A DNA stretch of 64,000 nt, taken from NCBI RefSeq assembly GCF_009914755.1, contig NC_060941.1, one strand, 5' to 3'. Positions 26,239 through 41,384 of this stretch are shown in pieces. Origin of the DNA: the human T2T-CHM13v2.0 reference genome, Homo sapiens. Made by a program: the position numbers and the translations under genes. The stretch's first letter is position 1; the number at the start of each line of letters is the position of its first letter. The notes beneath the pieces were generated by a model that made no database searches, had not been told where the DNA came from, and saw only the letters and a program-made list of their open reading frames with translations.

Positions 26239-26408
26239 GGAAAGAAAATGGGGACTCCAACAGACACCTGTACACCAGTGTTCACGGCAGTGCTACTCAC
26301 AGCAGCCAAAAGGTAGAGACAACCCAAGAGTCCTCAGCAGATGAATGGATAAACAACAGGTGGCCCATACATACAGTGGGACCCTATTCAGCCAGAAAAA
26401 GGAAGGAA

Positions 26409-26697
26409 GCGGGTGTGGTGGCGGTAATGCCAGCATTTTGGGAGGCTGAGGCGGGTGGATCACCTCAGGTCAGGAGTTCGAGACCAGCCTGGCCAACATG
26501 GTGAAACCCCATCTCTACTAAAATACAAAAATTAGCCGGGCCTGGTGGTGCGTGCCTGTAGTCCCAGCTACTCAGGAGGCTGAGACAGGAGTATTGCTTG
26601 AACCTGAGAGGCAGAGGTTACAGTGAGCCAGTTGCGCCACTGCACTCCAGCTTGGGCGACAGAGCAAGACTCTGTCCCCCCAACCAAAAAAAAAAAA
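26409..26697 (+). mobile_element. Alu (S-like) inside the L1 fragment
   Basis: Alu consensus with A tail. Confidence 0.9.
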
Positions 26698-28500
26698 GGA
26701 ATGAAATTCTGATGCTTCTGATGCAAGCTACAACGTAGAGGAAACTTGAAAACAAGCTAAGCGACAGAAGCCAGACACGGAAGAACAAATACTGTATGAT
26801 TTCACTTACATGAAGTTCTAGGTAAAGACACGCCAGCTTAGGCAACAGAGTAAGACTCTGTCTCAAAAAAAAAAAAAGGAATGAAATTCTGATGCAAGCT
26901 ACAACATAGAAGAAACTTGAAAAGAAGCTAAGCGACAGCAGCCAGACACATAAGGACAAACACTGTATGATTCCACTTACATGAGGTGTCTAGGTAAATT
27001 CACAGGGACAGAAAGTAGAACAGAGGTTGCCAGGGGTTCTGGAAGGGAGGGAGTGGGAAGTTACTGCTTAATAAGTACAGAGTTTGGGATGATGAAAACA
27101 GACGGTGGTGATGGTCGCACAGCATTGGAATGTACTTAATGCCACTGAATAGTACACTTTAAAATGGTTAAATAGCAAAATTAAAAAAATCAAAGGAGGG
27201 ATGGTGCTTGCATCCCCAGCCTTCAACTTTGCACCTAGAGCCCCTGTGCAGGACGAAATTCCAGAGCCCCGGGTCTAGTCTAATTCCCTCTTCCTCTATA
27301 CGGGAAGATTGAGGCCCAGAGAGGTTTGTCATTTTCCGGGGTCACACAGCTGGCTGCCCAGGAGGTGGGAGGAGAACCCAGGGCTCACAGTTCTTTTACC
27401 CACCAGGCTTTTAACCTGGGGGTGATGAATGCACATTCTCAGAAGCTTCTCTGGGGCTGGGCACAAAAAGGACCCACCTGGCTTCACATGGGTGGGGCTG
27501 CAGAAGGTGGACCCAGGGGCTGCGGCCCAGGGAAAGGCTCCCCTCCTCCCTCCGGTCTCAGGGTGCTCTCCAGGGCCAAGTCTCCCCAAGTCATGCCTTC
27601 TTTGCAGAAATAGGCCCTTTGCCCTTACCTTTCTCCATGCGGAAATCTAACCATCTGTGCCAGCCTCAAAGGGAAGGCATCTTAAGACTCTGATCTGAAG
27701 ATCTAGTGTCTCTTAAAATGACTGACATGGCTGCTGAGAGGGAGAGGAGGAGGGAAGGTGAGGAGAAGGAGTCAGAAATCACCTCTCCTGTGGTCATTTT
27801 CCTCTCCCTGTGGTGGGGGCCACGGTGCTCCTGTCAACCCCACAACAGGCCAGGGCCAGGTGCTCCACCTGCTGGCTCCTGGGCAGTACTGGACAGAGGC
27901 CCAACTTGTTCCTGGGCCCAGAAGGGCTCCACCCTCCACGGAAACTTCTAGAAGGGAAAGGAAAGGTTTGAGGAAAGAGCAGGAAGTGAGGAACCAAGCG
28001 TTGGCTTTGGAACTCAGGCCTCTACCTTTCCACTTAGGTCAAGAAGCCGTTCAGGATTGGCAGATGTCAGGACAGGAAGCCTAGCCAGTTCAGGGGCATG
28101 TGTGCACACCGTGGGGCTGGGCCTGGTGGGCTCTGATGCACCCAACTACACCCATAGTGACGAGGCAATCACTGCTGTGGATGAGGGAGGCCACAGGCCT
28201 GGACTGGAGCCGCTCACCTGGCTGCTTGGCAGGGAGCTTGTGACAAAACCAGAGAAACCTAGCTCAGGATTCCAGCTGCCACTGTTCCTCGCCCTCCTGG
28301 AACACATGTGCACCCTGCGGGTACTGAGCACAGGTCTGGACCTTCTTGACATTTCAGTGCAGGGCCAAGGGTAGGGGGTTTCTTCTGAGCCCAAAGGGAC
28401 TCAGGTGGGGCTGTGTCCTGTGGCTGTGGGAGAGCGCCAAGGTGCCTCAGGGGGTGCCTTTCATCAAAGAAGTGGGACATGTCTCTGGGCCTTGCCATTA

Positions 28501-28549
28501 GGGGCTAGTTCATTCTCTCAACGGGGCTAGTTCATTCTCTCAACGGGGC
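28501..28549. repeat. Perfect 22-bp tandem duplication
   Basis: GGGGCTAGTTCATTCTCTCAAC twice, followed by GGGGC. Confidence 0.95.
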
Positions 28550-29872
28550 CCTCTGGCTCGCCTGCATCTCCAGCAGGGGTGGGAGCACCCTTGCCTATGT
28601 CTAGGACAGGAAGGGAAGGGTGAGGGTAGAGTGGGTGCAGGCCCTGAGCTGGGACCCAAGGTCTTGAGATAAAACCATGAAGGAGCAGCTGCCCGGGCTC
28701 TAAGCCCAGTGGGCTCCTGTCTTGATTTAGCCCCAGCTGTCAAGACTGGGGCCTGGTGATTTGTGGAGTCAGTGGAAGTGCCTGTCCTTCAGAGAGCAGG
28801 TTAAAGTCTGGCCTTGGTAAACAAAGTCATTCACTGCCTATTCACTCAACACGCACGAATTGAGTGATGACTCTCAGCCTGGCAGGGTTCCAGGTTCTGG
28901 GAACGTGGAGATTAATGAAGCCACACCTGAGGAGCACCCAGCCCAGGAGGCTGCTGTCAGTAACAGACCAACAAGCATTTCTTGAGCACCTACTAGGTCT
29001 GGGCACTGTGGGTGCCTTAAATGAGTGAGACATGGTCCCAAGGCACTTGTAACTTTCAGCCCCAGTAACCTCTGGGCCAGAGGGTGCATGGTCAGGGCGA
29101 GCGATCTCTAGGAACGGGGGCAAGTGTGTCCTCACTGCCTCTGGAGGGCTCCATGTGGAGCAGCTACCGAGCTGGAGAAGGATGGCTAGGGGCCCTCAGG
29201 TGGAGCCAGGTGGCAGGGGGACAGCCCCAGGCAAGGTGGCATGCCTCCCCAAGCCAGGGTCTAGGAGCCACACAGAGAAGCAGAGGAGGGGAAGCAGCTA
29301 GAAAGGGGCCCTGAGTGCCAGACATTATTCGGACAAACTAGCACCTTCCTTAGCTGGGCTTTGGAATATCATCCTGTTAGTTATGTGCAAAATGAGACAA
29401 GAGGTGGGTGCTGGGAAAGCGGCTGGGAGGCGGGGTTGACGTGGATGCTAAGGAGACTCTGGGGCCTGGGGATCCATTGCAACCTCCCAGGGCTCAGCTC
29501 TCATTGTGCAGCTGGGCCAAGACCCATGTGTCTGGGTCACCGGGGTCTGTGGCAGGGGATGGGCCCGCTGGTCATCTCAGGACAGTGGCTTCAGGAACAG
29601 ACAGGAAGCTGTGAATAAGGACTGGTAGCCGTTTGGTCCCATGAGAAACAGGAGGAAGGAGGAAAGTATGGCCAAAGTTTTGAGCCAGGATGACCAGGAA
29701 GATGGAGATGGTGTCCACCAAGATGGGAAGGTAAGAAGCAAAGCAGCTTTGGGAACAAGACGAGGAAGTGCGTGGGGCCAGAGGGACTTCCAGGCACCAC
29801 GTAGAGACAGAGCTGGGCCCAAGAGAGGGACGGAAGCTAGAAATCCATCTGGGGATGCTTGTAAGGAGCTAA

Positions 29873-30526
<654 letters not shown>

Positions 30527-32282
30527 TCCCCTTTTTGCTTTTCTTATGATGCATCCTAAGCCTTCAGTGCACAGCTGCCTTCCCTTGGGGACCCCTCTCT
30601 GACCACACAGTGGGACCTCCCAGCCCTAACCATGCTCCTGTTACAAGCTACAAAGCCAGCTCTTCCCTGTTGTCCTGGGATCCAGGTTCTGGGTCTGTCC
30701 CTCACGTTGCCTCGGCTTAACTCTGAGCCTTTGGGCTTTGGCCAGCCCTTCCTGGACCTGTCACCCTGCATTGTGTCACTAATGTCACCGTGAGTGCAGC
30801 AGGAACAGAAAGGTGAGGTCTGGGGGTGACTGAGTGGAAGGGGATATCCCAGGCAGTGATCCACGCCATAGGAGAAAAACCCATGCACACGGAGAAAAGA
30901 TAACCAAGGAAAAAGCTATTCCTTCCCCTCCGACAGGAGCCCCCGAGGACAGGCCCCAGGAGCCCCGGAAACTCACTAGCCCTGCTGGCCAAATGACCAC
31001 TTCTACATGCTGTGGACGACTTTAGCAACTCCCTTCTGCCCGCAGCTTCTGAAGGTTCCCTTTCAGGGCCACGAGGGGCCTTCCGAGGAGGTGGCACAGC
31101 TCAGCTGCCAGGGACCACCTGAGAGCCCGGGAGGACCATGGTTCTGGGCAGCCGTGGGGAGAAGGAAAGGGTGCGGGCAGAAGCTCAAAGCCAAGGGTTT
31201 GGCCACAGACTATACCTCAGTCAGAGGGAAGAGGCTGCGGGCCCTGTGCTCCATCCCAGGGAGCCCTGTGGGATGTTTCTTTGGGGAGAAAAGGGAAGGG
31301 AGGGAAGGGGTGTGGAGGGCGGGGCAGTGCCTGGGCTGGAATGTTGCAGCTTCTGTTCTCCAAAGCAGCTCCTGGAGCGCCTGCCTGCGGCTCTGGCTGA
31401 TCTGATAAGATGTGACAAGACCGCCTGAAAAATGTTGAAACCTGTAAAATGTTTAAACCTGTTTTTTGTTGTGTTGTGAGCATGAAGTGCTTTTTCCTTC
31501 TTTCTTACCCACCCCCCCACCCCTTCATTTCACAGGAAAGTGAAGTTGATAAGCCTGGAAAAAGGGAGGAGGGTGCGAGAGAGGGATTGTTGCCTTCAGC
31601 CAAATTGTGGTCCGGGGCATGGAGCAGTCTGGTGGGACCTGGGGAGGAGGAAAGAGAGTGGAAACAGGAGGGAAGAGGGGACAAGAGGTGAGAGGAGTCA
31701 AGGGTGGAAGAAGGAGGAGGACAGGAGAAGCGGGGGATGGAGGGGTCCTGCACCCCTGGCCTGCTCAGCAGCCCCAGCCCATCCTCCCCAGGACCAAACA
31801 CAGTCCCCCACTTGGCACCCCAGAGGAACCCCAGGGCTGTGGGTCTCTTCCTTCAGGCAGGGGATTCACAGGGAAGGGCCTAGGCCCAGAGGGGTGTCCA
31901 GAGACGGGTAAAAGGCAGGGACCTCACTCTTCAGACCCCAGAGCGTCTCCCTGAGAGGCACCAAGCCCACAGGTGGGCAAGTGCTGCCTGGTGACCACAG
32001 AGGGGAGCAGCTCCCAAGGACACATGCTGAGAGCTGGGTCCGTTTCTCCACTTTGCTGCGCAGTTCAGGACTCCCAGGTAAAGCCCAGATGCCCTGTGCG
32101 TGCTCAGGTAGGGTCCCAGCCCTCTGCCTTCAGACACACAAAGGGGTGCCGTGCTCTCTGTTACTGAGGATGTCATCAAGGCCCAGAGGCCTACTTGGGG
32201 TCACAGCATTTCTGCCCATCAGTTTTGGGTGATTGTCATACAGCTCCCCCTAAATGTCTAGTCTTGGCAACTCAGGGGATGC

Positions 32283-32307
32283 TGAACATTCTAGAACATT
32301 CTAGAAA
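32283..32307. promoter_or_regulatory. Perfect five-pentamer heat-shock element (motif only)
   Basis: tGAAcaTTCtaGAAcaTTCtaGAAa is an exact array of alternating nGAAn units. Confidence 0.6.
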
Positions 32308-32373
32308 CCCTGGTGGGCCCAGGTGTCTCTGGGGGTGCTCATCAGTACAAAGATAGATGTTCAGTAAAGGCCA

Positions 32374-32690
32374 TTTTTCTTTTCTTTTTTCTTTTTTTTT
32401 TTTTTGAGACAGGGTCTCACTCTGTCACACAGGCTGCAGTGCAGTGGCACAATCACAGCTTACTGCAGCCTTGAACTACTTGGCTCAACCAGTCCTTCCA
32501 CCTCAGCCTCCTGAGTAGCTGAGACTACAGGCACATGCCACTATGCTCTGCTAAGTTTTTAAAATTTTTTGTAGAGATGAAGTCCTGCTATATTGCCCAG
32601 GCTGGGTTTCGAACTCCTGGGCCCAAGCAATCCTCCCACCTCAGCCTCCCCAAGTGCTGGGATTACAGGTGTGAGCCAGCGTGCCCAGCC
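32374..32690 (-). mobile_element. Alu (J-like)
   Basis: Reverse diverged Alu. Confidence 0.88.
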
Positions 32691-33121
32691 AATAAAGACC
32701 TGTTGAAGAAAAGTCTCCACCTGTGAAAGTTTTCTTGCTATTGGAGTAGGGCGGGGGCGGGGGAACAATAGGAGTGTCCTGGAAGGGCTTTAGGAGCATT
32801 CTGTAAATGGCCACGCATGTTAGTGATTCTATTACAGTGTTAGGTCATAAAATGTCAAAGCTAAGCGGGACCTTTGACATCACCTAGTTCAGCTCCTTGG
32901 GGAAATTAAGGCCCAGGGAAGCGATGTGCCTTCCCTGCTGTTCCTCCACTGGTTGGAGGCAGTGCAGAGAGCACAGCCCAGGCCTGCTGACTCCCAGCCA
33001 GAGCTTGTCTCTCTCATAGCACGCAGATCGTTCTTGAAGTGCCCCAGACCTGATCATCTGAAGGCTGGGCCTCATTCAGTACCTGCATACTATGTGCCCA
33101 AGATGTATGAGATGTAGCCTC

Positions 33122-33425
33122 GGCCGGGCGCGGTGGCTCACGCCTGTATTCCCGGCACTTTGGGAGGCCAAGGCAGGCAGATCAACTGAAGTCAGGAGTT
33201 CGAGACCAGCCTGGCCAACATGGCGAAACGCCTGTCTCTACTAAAAACAGAAAAAATTAACCAGGCGTGGTGGTGGGCACCTGTAATCACAGCTACCCTG
33301 GAGGCTGAGACAGGAGAATCGCTTGAACCTGGGAGGCAGAGGTTTCAGTGAGCCGAGATTGTGCCACTGCACTCCAGCCTGGGCAACAGAGTGAGACTCT
33401 GCCTCAGAAAAAAAAAAAAAAAAAA
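33122..33425 (+). mobile_element. Alu (S-like)
   Basis: Alu consensus; TSD AGATGTAGCCTC. Confidence 0.93.
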
Positions 33426-36400
33426 GATGTAGCCTCCACCCTCCTCAGTGACCCCACCTCAGTGCAGGTGACCAGTCAGTTGCAGAGTGTGAGAAGTCCC
33501 ACTTGGGACTTCAAGGAATAGGTGTGCTGAGGGGAAGGAAGTGGGAGAAGGCAAAGAAGTCCCCTTCAAAGAGGTGACATTCGAGCTGGGCCTTGAAGTT
33601 GAGCTCAGCTTGGCCAGCTTTTCCTCCTGGAGCTTGGCCATCTGTTTCTTTGCCTCCCACTCCACTAAGTGGAATTCTAATTCAAATTTTTCCTAAGCCA
33701 TGTTTGCATCTTTAGTTCATTTTAACCTTGTAACATTTCTCCCCTTCCTGACCCCTCCAAACCCTAAGTCAGTCTCCCATTTTACAGATTGGGAAATGAG
33801 AACCTTACAGAGTTAGGCTGCCGTTCTGAGCAGCCAAGTCTGCTGGTTCCCACACCAGGATTTTGCTGGGTCCCCACATTGCTATACCCTTCAAGCCAGT
33901 TCTGGTAAAAGACAAGACATAGCCTGCCCAGCCCTCTTGTTCGCTTCTGACTCCAGACTTCTATTCATCCCTCAAGGTCCCATGTTTAAATCCCCTTTTA
34001 ATGTCTCCAATTCAAATTGTTCCCTCTGGCCATTTCCCCAGCTCTTATACATCCGTCACAGGTAACCTTCAATGCACTCAAGTGCATTGTCCACCGACTC
34101 CATTGATGGTGAGTTTTTTGAGAGGAGGGATTCTTTCACTCGTTTCCATGTAGAATCTAGCACCTGCTTCAGCAGGTGCAGTGGCCCTGCGAGGACCTCC
34201 CTGCGAGGACCTCCCTGCCTCCTTTCACTGCCCTCAGCAGCCCCACTGAGTGCCCAGTCCTTTCCTTCGTCTCTCCCAGATCCCACAGGCTGTCTCCACG
34301 GCGAGCTGAGGGCAGGTGATGGCCATGGCCCTGCTGGCTCTCTGGGCCTTTTAACACAGCTGCTAGCTCCACAGTTTGGGAGTCCTTTGTTTGAATCTTA
34401 GAAGCAGCCCAGTGGGGAACACACAAAGCTGTGCTGCTTGGCTGGGAGCTCACTCTTAGAGCAGCTCCCCAGGGCTCCTCAGAGAGCCACCAGCCTGGTG
34501 TGTGTCTTTATTCAATAAACATTCACGCTGGGCCAGGCCTTATGCTGGACGCCGGGAGCACAGTGCGTGGGGCACTCCTGGTCTTGCAAGGACTCTTACC
34601 TGAACCTGGAGCTGCCCTGAGGAAGCCCATTCTCCTCTTTATGGGGGCCCAGAGGCCACCCTCCCTGCCTCACACCTGATAGCACTGGCCACCAGGGCTG
34701 GCACCTACCTGGACTGTCCCATCCACTCTCTTATTCTATGCTCTTCAGAAAACCAAGGACAGTCCCTGACCAGCTGGCTACTGGGGTCAGGGATGCAGGC
34801 TATACACTACGGCAGATCACTTGGGGTGGTTTTGAAAAATACAGACACCCAGGCTCCAACACCAGCGTGGCAGGATCAGAGCCTCTGGAGAGGAGTCCAG
34901 GAAACTGGATCATTAAAAGCCTCCACCAGAAGTGTGACAGTAGAATGGTATGAGATGATGCAGCAGGAAGGCCCCAACCTTCCCTATGATGTTCTTTGGC
35001 CAAAGACGTTTAATCTGATCTAACCAAGCTTTGAGAGGTAACCTCTTGTTATCAGGGAACACAAGGGACAGAGGAACAAACCAAATGACACCATGGGGAA
35101 GCAACTGGACAAATTCAGAGCAGGGTTTGAACCCAGGGCCTTGCCAGCTGGAGTACTAAACCATGGCTGGGCACTTTGAGGCCACAGTGCACTGGACACT
35201 GCCCAGGGCTCCAGCTTGGACCTCCAGCTGGGCCTGGCCCTGGCCCTAAAGCCAGCAGTGGCAGATGCGCACGCAGGAGGCAGCTGCAGGTTGGGAGGCC
35301 TCACGGGGGATGCTGCGACCACACCCAGGTGCTCAGGGCAACGATTCCACTCTCTACCTTTCAAGGTGGGTATTTCCACCACATTCCCAGGAGGGCTTCT
35401 TTGCGCCTCATCCCCCCACGGCGCTGAGGATGGGCAGGTGAAGACAGCCCTGCCCAGCACCTGGACTTCCCCCACTCTATTTAGGGAGGCCCCACCCAAG
35501 TTCAAAGCGCTGGCTGCCCCTCCCTTGCAGCCCCATTCTCCATCCCCAGGCGAGGCAGTCCAGAGCGAGCCTCAACATTTTCCTCTGCACCTCCTTCCCC
35601 CAACTTCATCAGTCCCTGCCACCCATTCCTCCGCAGGCTCCTTGCTTTAGCTCTGTCCTCTCCTTGCAACAGGCGCCTGGGTTTGCAAACATGCACTCAG
35701 CACCTGTTAGGAGCCGAATCTGGGTTCATTACAGACCCACGCAGGACTTCATTACACATTCCAGCACTCAGCAGGGTGGGCCATTGGTTCTCATCCCTGG
35801 CTGCATAGTAAGTGGCCCTGCTGAGCTTAGAAACAAGGCTGCCTGGGCCCCCTGCAGAGAAAGGGATTTAAGTGGTCTAGGTGCTCCCTCCCCTCTGTGG
35901 TATCCTCCCTCCCTCCCTCAAGGTTGAGAAGCACTGCCCTAGGTCACAGACAGGGCTGGGGACCTGCCCACAGCCCCACCCTGGGTCCACAGCTGGGGCT
36001 CCTGGGTCCTCTGCCCTCCCCCTGGGCCCCACCTCCTATTCCCAGTACCAGTCCCTCCAAGTTGTTAGGATCAACCCGTCCCCTGTTTTCCAACCTCTGG
36101 TCTTGTCCACTTCCTCTCCCGAAGTAGCCCTCCCCCATCATCTCTCTCCTTGGCCTCTCAGCAAATCTCCATGTTCACGGCCAGAGAAGCAAAACTTCCC
36201 TGATCCAGCAGCCATGAAGAAGAAGCATTTGGGCACGCCCCTCCGTTTCCGTCCACCTTGGCAGAAATCAGAGGCCGGCTACTGCGCTCGCGTTTTATGT
36301 GCGTTCCAAAACACACGCTCACGTACATCGGAAAAGGACAGGATAAAAGATGTGTTTCAAAAGAAACCTTTTCCTCCTGCAGCCTCATGCGTCATCTGGA

Positions 36401-36672
36401 ACCCCCTGCCCAGGCCTGACTCCTCGTTTCCTCTGGGGTTTTCCTCTTTTCTTTTCCCTTCTTCCTGGTTTCCCCTTAGCTTTCTTAGCTGTGCAGTGGG
36501 GTGTATCTGTTTGTGAGTAAGTGGAAGTTCTGTCTGCAAAGGTACAGGATGCTCACACTCTTTGGGTTCAAGGCAGCAAGCCTTTTCCCTACTGGGTTGG
36601 GGGCTCCACACCTTCCTTGGTTCTTGCCTGCAGCTACATTTCCCCCCAACCCAGGACTTCGCTTTCCTTACT

Positions 36673-37524
<852 letters not shown>

Positions 37525-37899
37525 TTACACATACATAGAAATAGCGAACATTTAAAGTCAAAAAATTCTAAATCTCTGCAAATGGGATGTGTGTTCGACA
37601 CAAAAGGCAAAATGTCAGTGCACATTAGCCCCAGTTAAGGTTCCCCCAGGAATCACCCTGGCCTAAGAGAAGGCTCAAATCACCATGGGTGGGAGGAGGT
37701 GTCCTCCAGAGGGGGGATGACGTCATGGAGCACCTTTTTGGGGACACTCAGGCTGTGAATGAAATAAAGAACGCTTTTACAGGTGATTACCCATAATGAA
37801 TAAGATAAGGTGGGGTACATTTATTTGGGTAGAGAGTGGCTAATAAGGTAGTGAAGAACTTCACCAATTTCCTCAACTCTGCTCTAAGTAAGGTAGTAA

Positions 37900-38227
<328 letters not shown>

Positions 38228-38437
38228 AGTGGCCATTATTAATAATAATAGTTAACATTTATTGAGGCCTGACTATGTGCCAGTTGCCATGTAAAGCACT
38301 TTACATAGAATACATCCTTTAATTTGCCAAAGAACCCAATTTAACGGATGATGACATGGGCTCAGAGAGGCCAAGTGACTCGTCTAAAGTCACATAGCTA
38401 GGAAATGGTGGCACTGAGATGGCAAAAAAAGCAGTGA

Positions 38438-38724
38438 GGGCTGAGGGAGGTGGCTCACACCTGTAAACCCGGCACTTTGAAAGGCCGAGGCGGGAGGAGC
38501 ACTTGAGCTCAGGTGTTCAAGACTAGCCTAGCCGAGAAAGCAAGACCTTGTTTCTACTAAAATTAAAAAAAAAAAAAAATTAGCTGGGCATGGTGGTGAC
38601 CACCTGTAGTCCCAGCTACTTGAGAGGCTGAGTTGGGAGGATTGCTTGAGCCCAGGAGGTCAAGGCTGCAGTGAGCCAAGATCGAGCCATTTTACTCTAG
38701 CCTGGGCAACAGAGTGAGACCCTG

Positions 38725-38761
<37 letters not shown>
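38438..38761 (+). mobile_element. Alu (J-like) with a long pure A tail
   Basis: Diverged Alu followed by ~34 uninterrupted A. Confidence 0.88.
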
Positions 38762-38763
<2 letters not shown>

Positions 38764-40185
38764 AGGGGAGACATTTACCAGGACAGGGTTTATAGAGAGC
38801 ATGTTCATGGAAGGCTAAGGAGAAAGGGAAGGAAGTGCTCAGGTCCTGCTCTGCTGCTCCGGCCGCTGTTGGGGTTAACATCCCTGTAAATTCAAATGCT
38901 GGGCTCCCGCCTATCAGTCTTTTTTCTTTCGAATGTTGGTGCAGATCTTCCGCACTGGAGGTCCATTTCTCTGTGTCTCAGACAAGGCTGGACCCACGCC
39001 CAAGGCATTGCAGGAGGAGAGGAGACCCCCGACCTGAGGGCTGGAGGCATTTGTGTGTGAGACAGGACAAAGAATTTCAGGGGACCAGAGAATTCAAGGT
39101 GGCAGAGGGTTAACAAGACCTCTCCCAAGACAACACACCCAGCAGATGCTGACAAATGTGGGCAAGAGTTCCTGAGAGAGAGGCCAGGGTAGATGACACA
39201 CGTTCCCAGCACCTTCCAACCTGCAAAGCATTTCCTCACACAGCTTCTCCATGAATCCTCTCAACAGCCCTGAGAGTAGAGATGCCGGCTCCAGTTTACC
39301 AATGACAGATTGCCATCGGCCAGGAAGTGGAGGTGGAGTTGGACCCCAAATCCCATGCTATCGCTATTTTGCCACTCTGTCCAGACCCCACCCTCTGGAG
39401 ATAACCAGTTTATCCCAGCAGAGTGCATTTATTCGGCACCTGCTATGTGTTCTTCACTGAACTAGGCACGACGGGGACATAACCAAGACAGTGTCACACG
39501 GTGAAATCTAACAGGCATGTTCATAGGGAACAGCAGGAGGTTAGCAAGGGGACAGCCAGCTTATAAACTCTCTGGTGGGAGGGGCGTGGGGGAGAGCAAG
39601 TGAAGGAGGACATAGAACAGGGGTGGGGGTGGATAAACCACAAGACCTCAGGGGACTGTGCCCTGAGAGAAAAGGAAGAGGATGGGCATTTCTGGGACAT
39701 TGATGTCACATAAAACTCCAAAACCCAAGGGACCAAGAAGAAAGGAGGCCAGGGCCTGAGGTCCTGCTGATGAGCTTCAATCTTACTAGCGGTGAAGAGG
39801 GGTCACCATCTATGGGGCTGAAAGAAGCCCAGGCCCTATATGCAGGCTGGATCCCCCGACAGGACCTGTCAGAGCTAGAAGGAGCCTTGGGGGTCATCTG
39901 GTCCAGTTTGCATATTGCACAGGGCTCAGAGCTAAGGCCATCTCACTGGGCTGAGGAGCCAAAGAACATAGTCAGCTCTGAGAAGGGCTCTTCAAGGCTG
40001 GCTCTCCTTTGTTTGCAGAACACACTGTACCACCGTGGAGAGGATAAAAATCTAAAATTCAGCACCTTAACCCATTCTCATACCAGTCAAACTTTCGACA
40101 GTCCTATTGGTCTATAGATGCCTGGGAATTCCCTCCTTTCCCAGGTCAGGAAGATCTCGACCTCCTTCCACCAGCTTCCCAGGAC

Positions 40186-40526
<341 letters not shown>

Positions 40527-41299
40527 TGAGACACCTGGTGGGAATTCTTACCTGCTTACCTCACCTGTGTCCCTCTGAGCCACCATTTTGGCCCTCATTT
40601 CCCACCCTCGGGTGCTGAGGGAATTGTTCCCTACCAGGAATGAATCCCCAGGCTTGTCTGCTCCCCCATAAACACCCTCTGGAATGTGCATCCGAAACCT
40701 CCTACCCCACACCAGCGCATTCAGCCCCTCTACCGGCGCCCCATGTCTCACTCCCCTGGTGTGGCCAGAACTGGGGATGGTGCAAGAATAAAGCCCTAGG
40801 CAGTGTGGAAAGCAGACAGCTGACCCTGTGACTTCTGGGGCTCCCCTCCGAGGTGGGGAAGAACAGAGGAGCTGGCCTCTGGGGTCTGAGAAGACCAGCC
40901 GGCCCGTGGGCAAAGGGACGACAGCAAATTCTCCTCCAGTGACCCTCAGCCCCTGACGCCCTGTCTAACCCTCTCAGATCCAAAGCTGCGAGCCCTCAGG
41001 AACATGTGGCTACCTCTAACCCAGCTCACTTGCCTGGTTAAAAGCAACCACAGGTGTCCAGCCTGCAAACATTTCCCGGCACACAGGGCCCTGTGCAAGG
41101 GGCAGTGGGTGACGACACCAAGCCCAGTTCCGGAGCACCCTGCTGTTCTGCGGCACTGCTGACTCACAAGCGATTCTGCCGCTGTGCAGTCTCAAAGCCA
41201 GCCCCACCCGGGGATCTCTGTCTTCCTTGGTCTGTCATGAAGGTGCTAGTAACCCCCAGGCTTCTCAGATAACTCCTTCTCCTTCACTTGTGCACTCTT

Positions 41300-41384
41300 G
41301 CTCTCTGTCTCTCTCTGTCTCTGTCTCTCCCTCTCTCTCTCACACACACACACACGCATGCACGCACACACACGTGTGCACACA
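41300..41384. repeat. Compound (TC)n/(CA)n microsatellite
   Basis: Read directly from the sequence. Confidence 0.9.

Larger units (their letters stand above)
25870..27185 (+). mobile_element. Old L1M (L1MB-like) 3' fragment split by two Alus and an internal duplication
   Basis: L1 3' motifs AAAAGTTAAACATAGA, GATGAATGGATAAAC and AATGTACTTAATGCCACTGAA. Confidence 0.7.

Noticed and set aside
35881-36516. 211-aa + strand ORF
   Set aside because: GTG start, Pro/Ser low complexity and no splice or homology support
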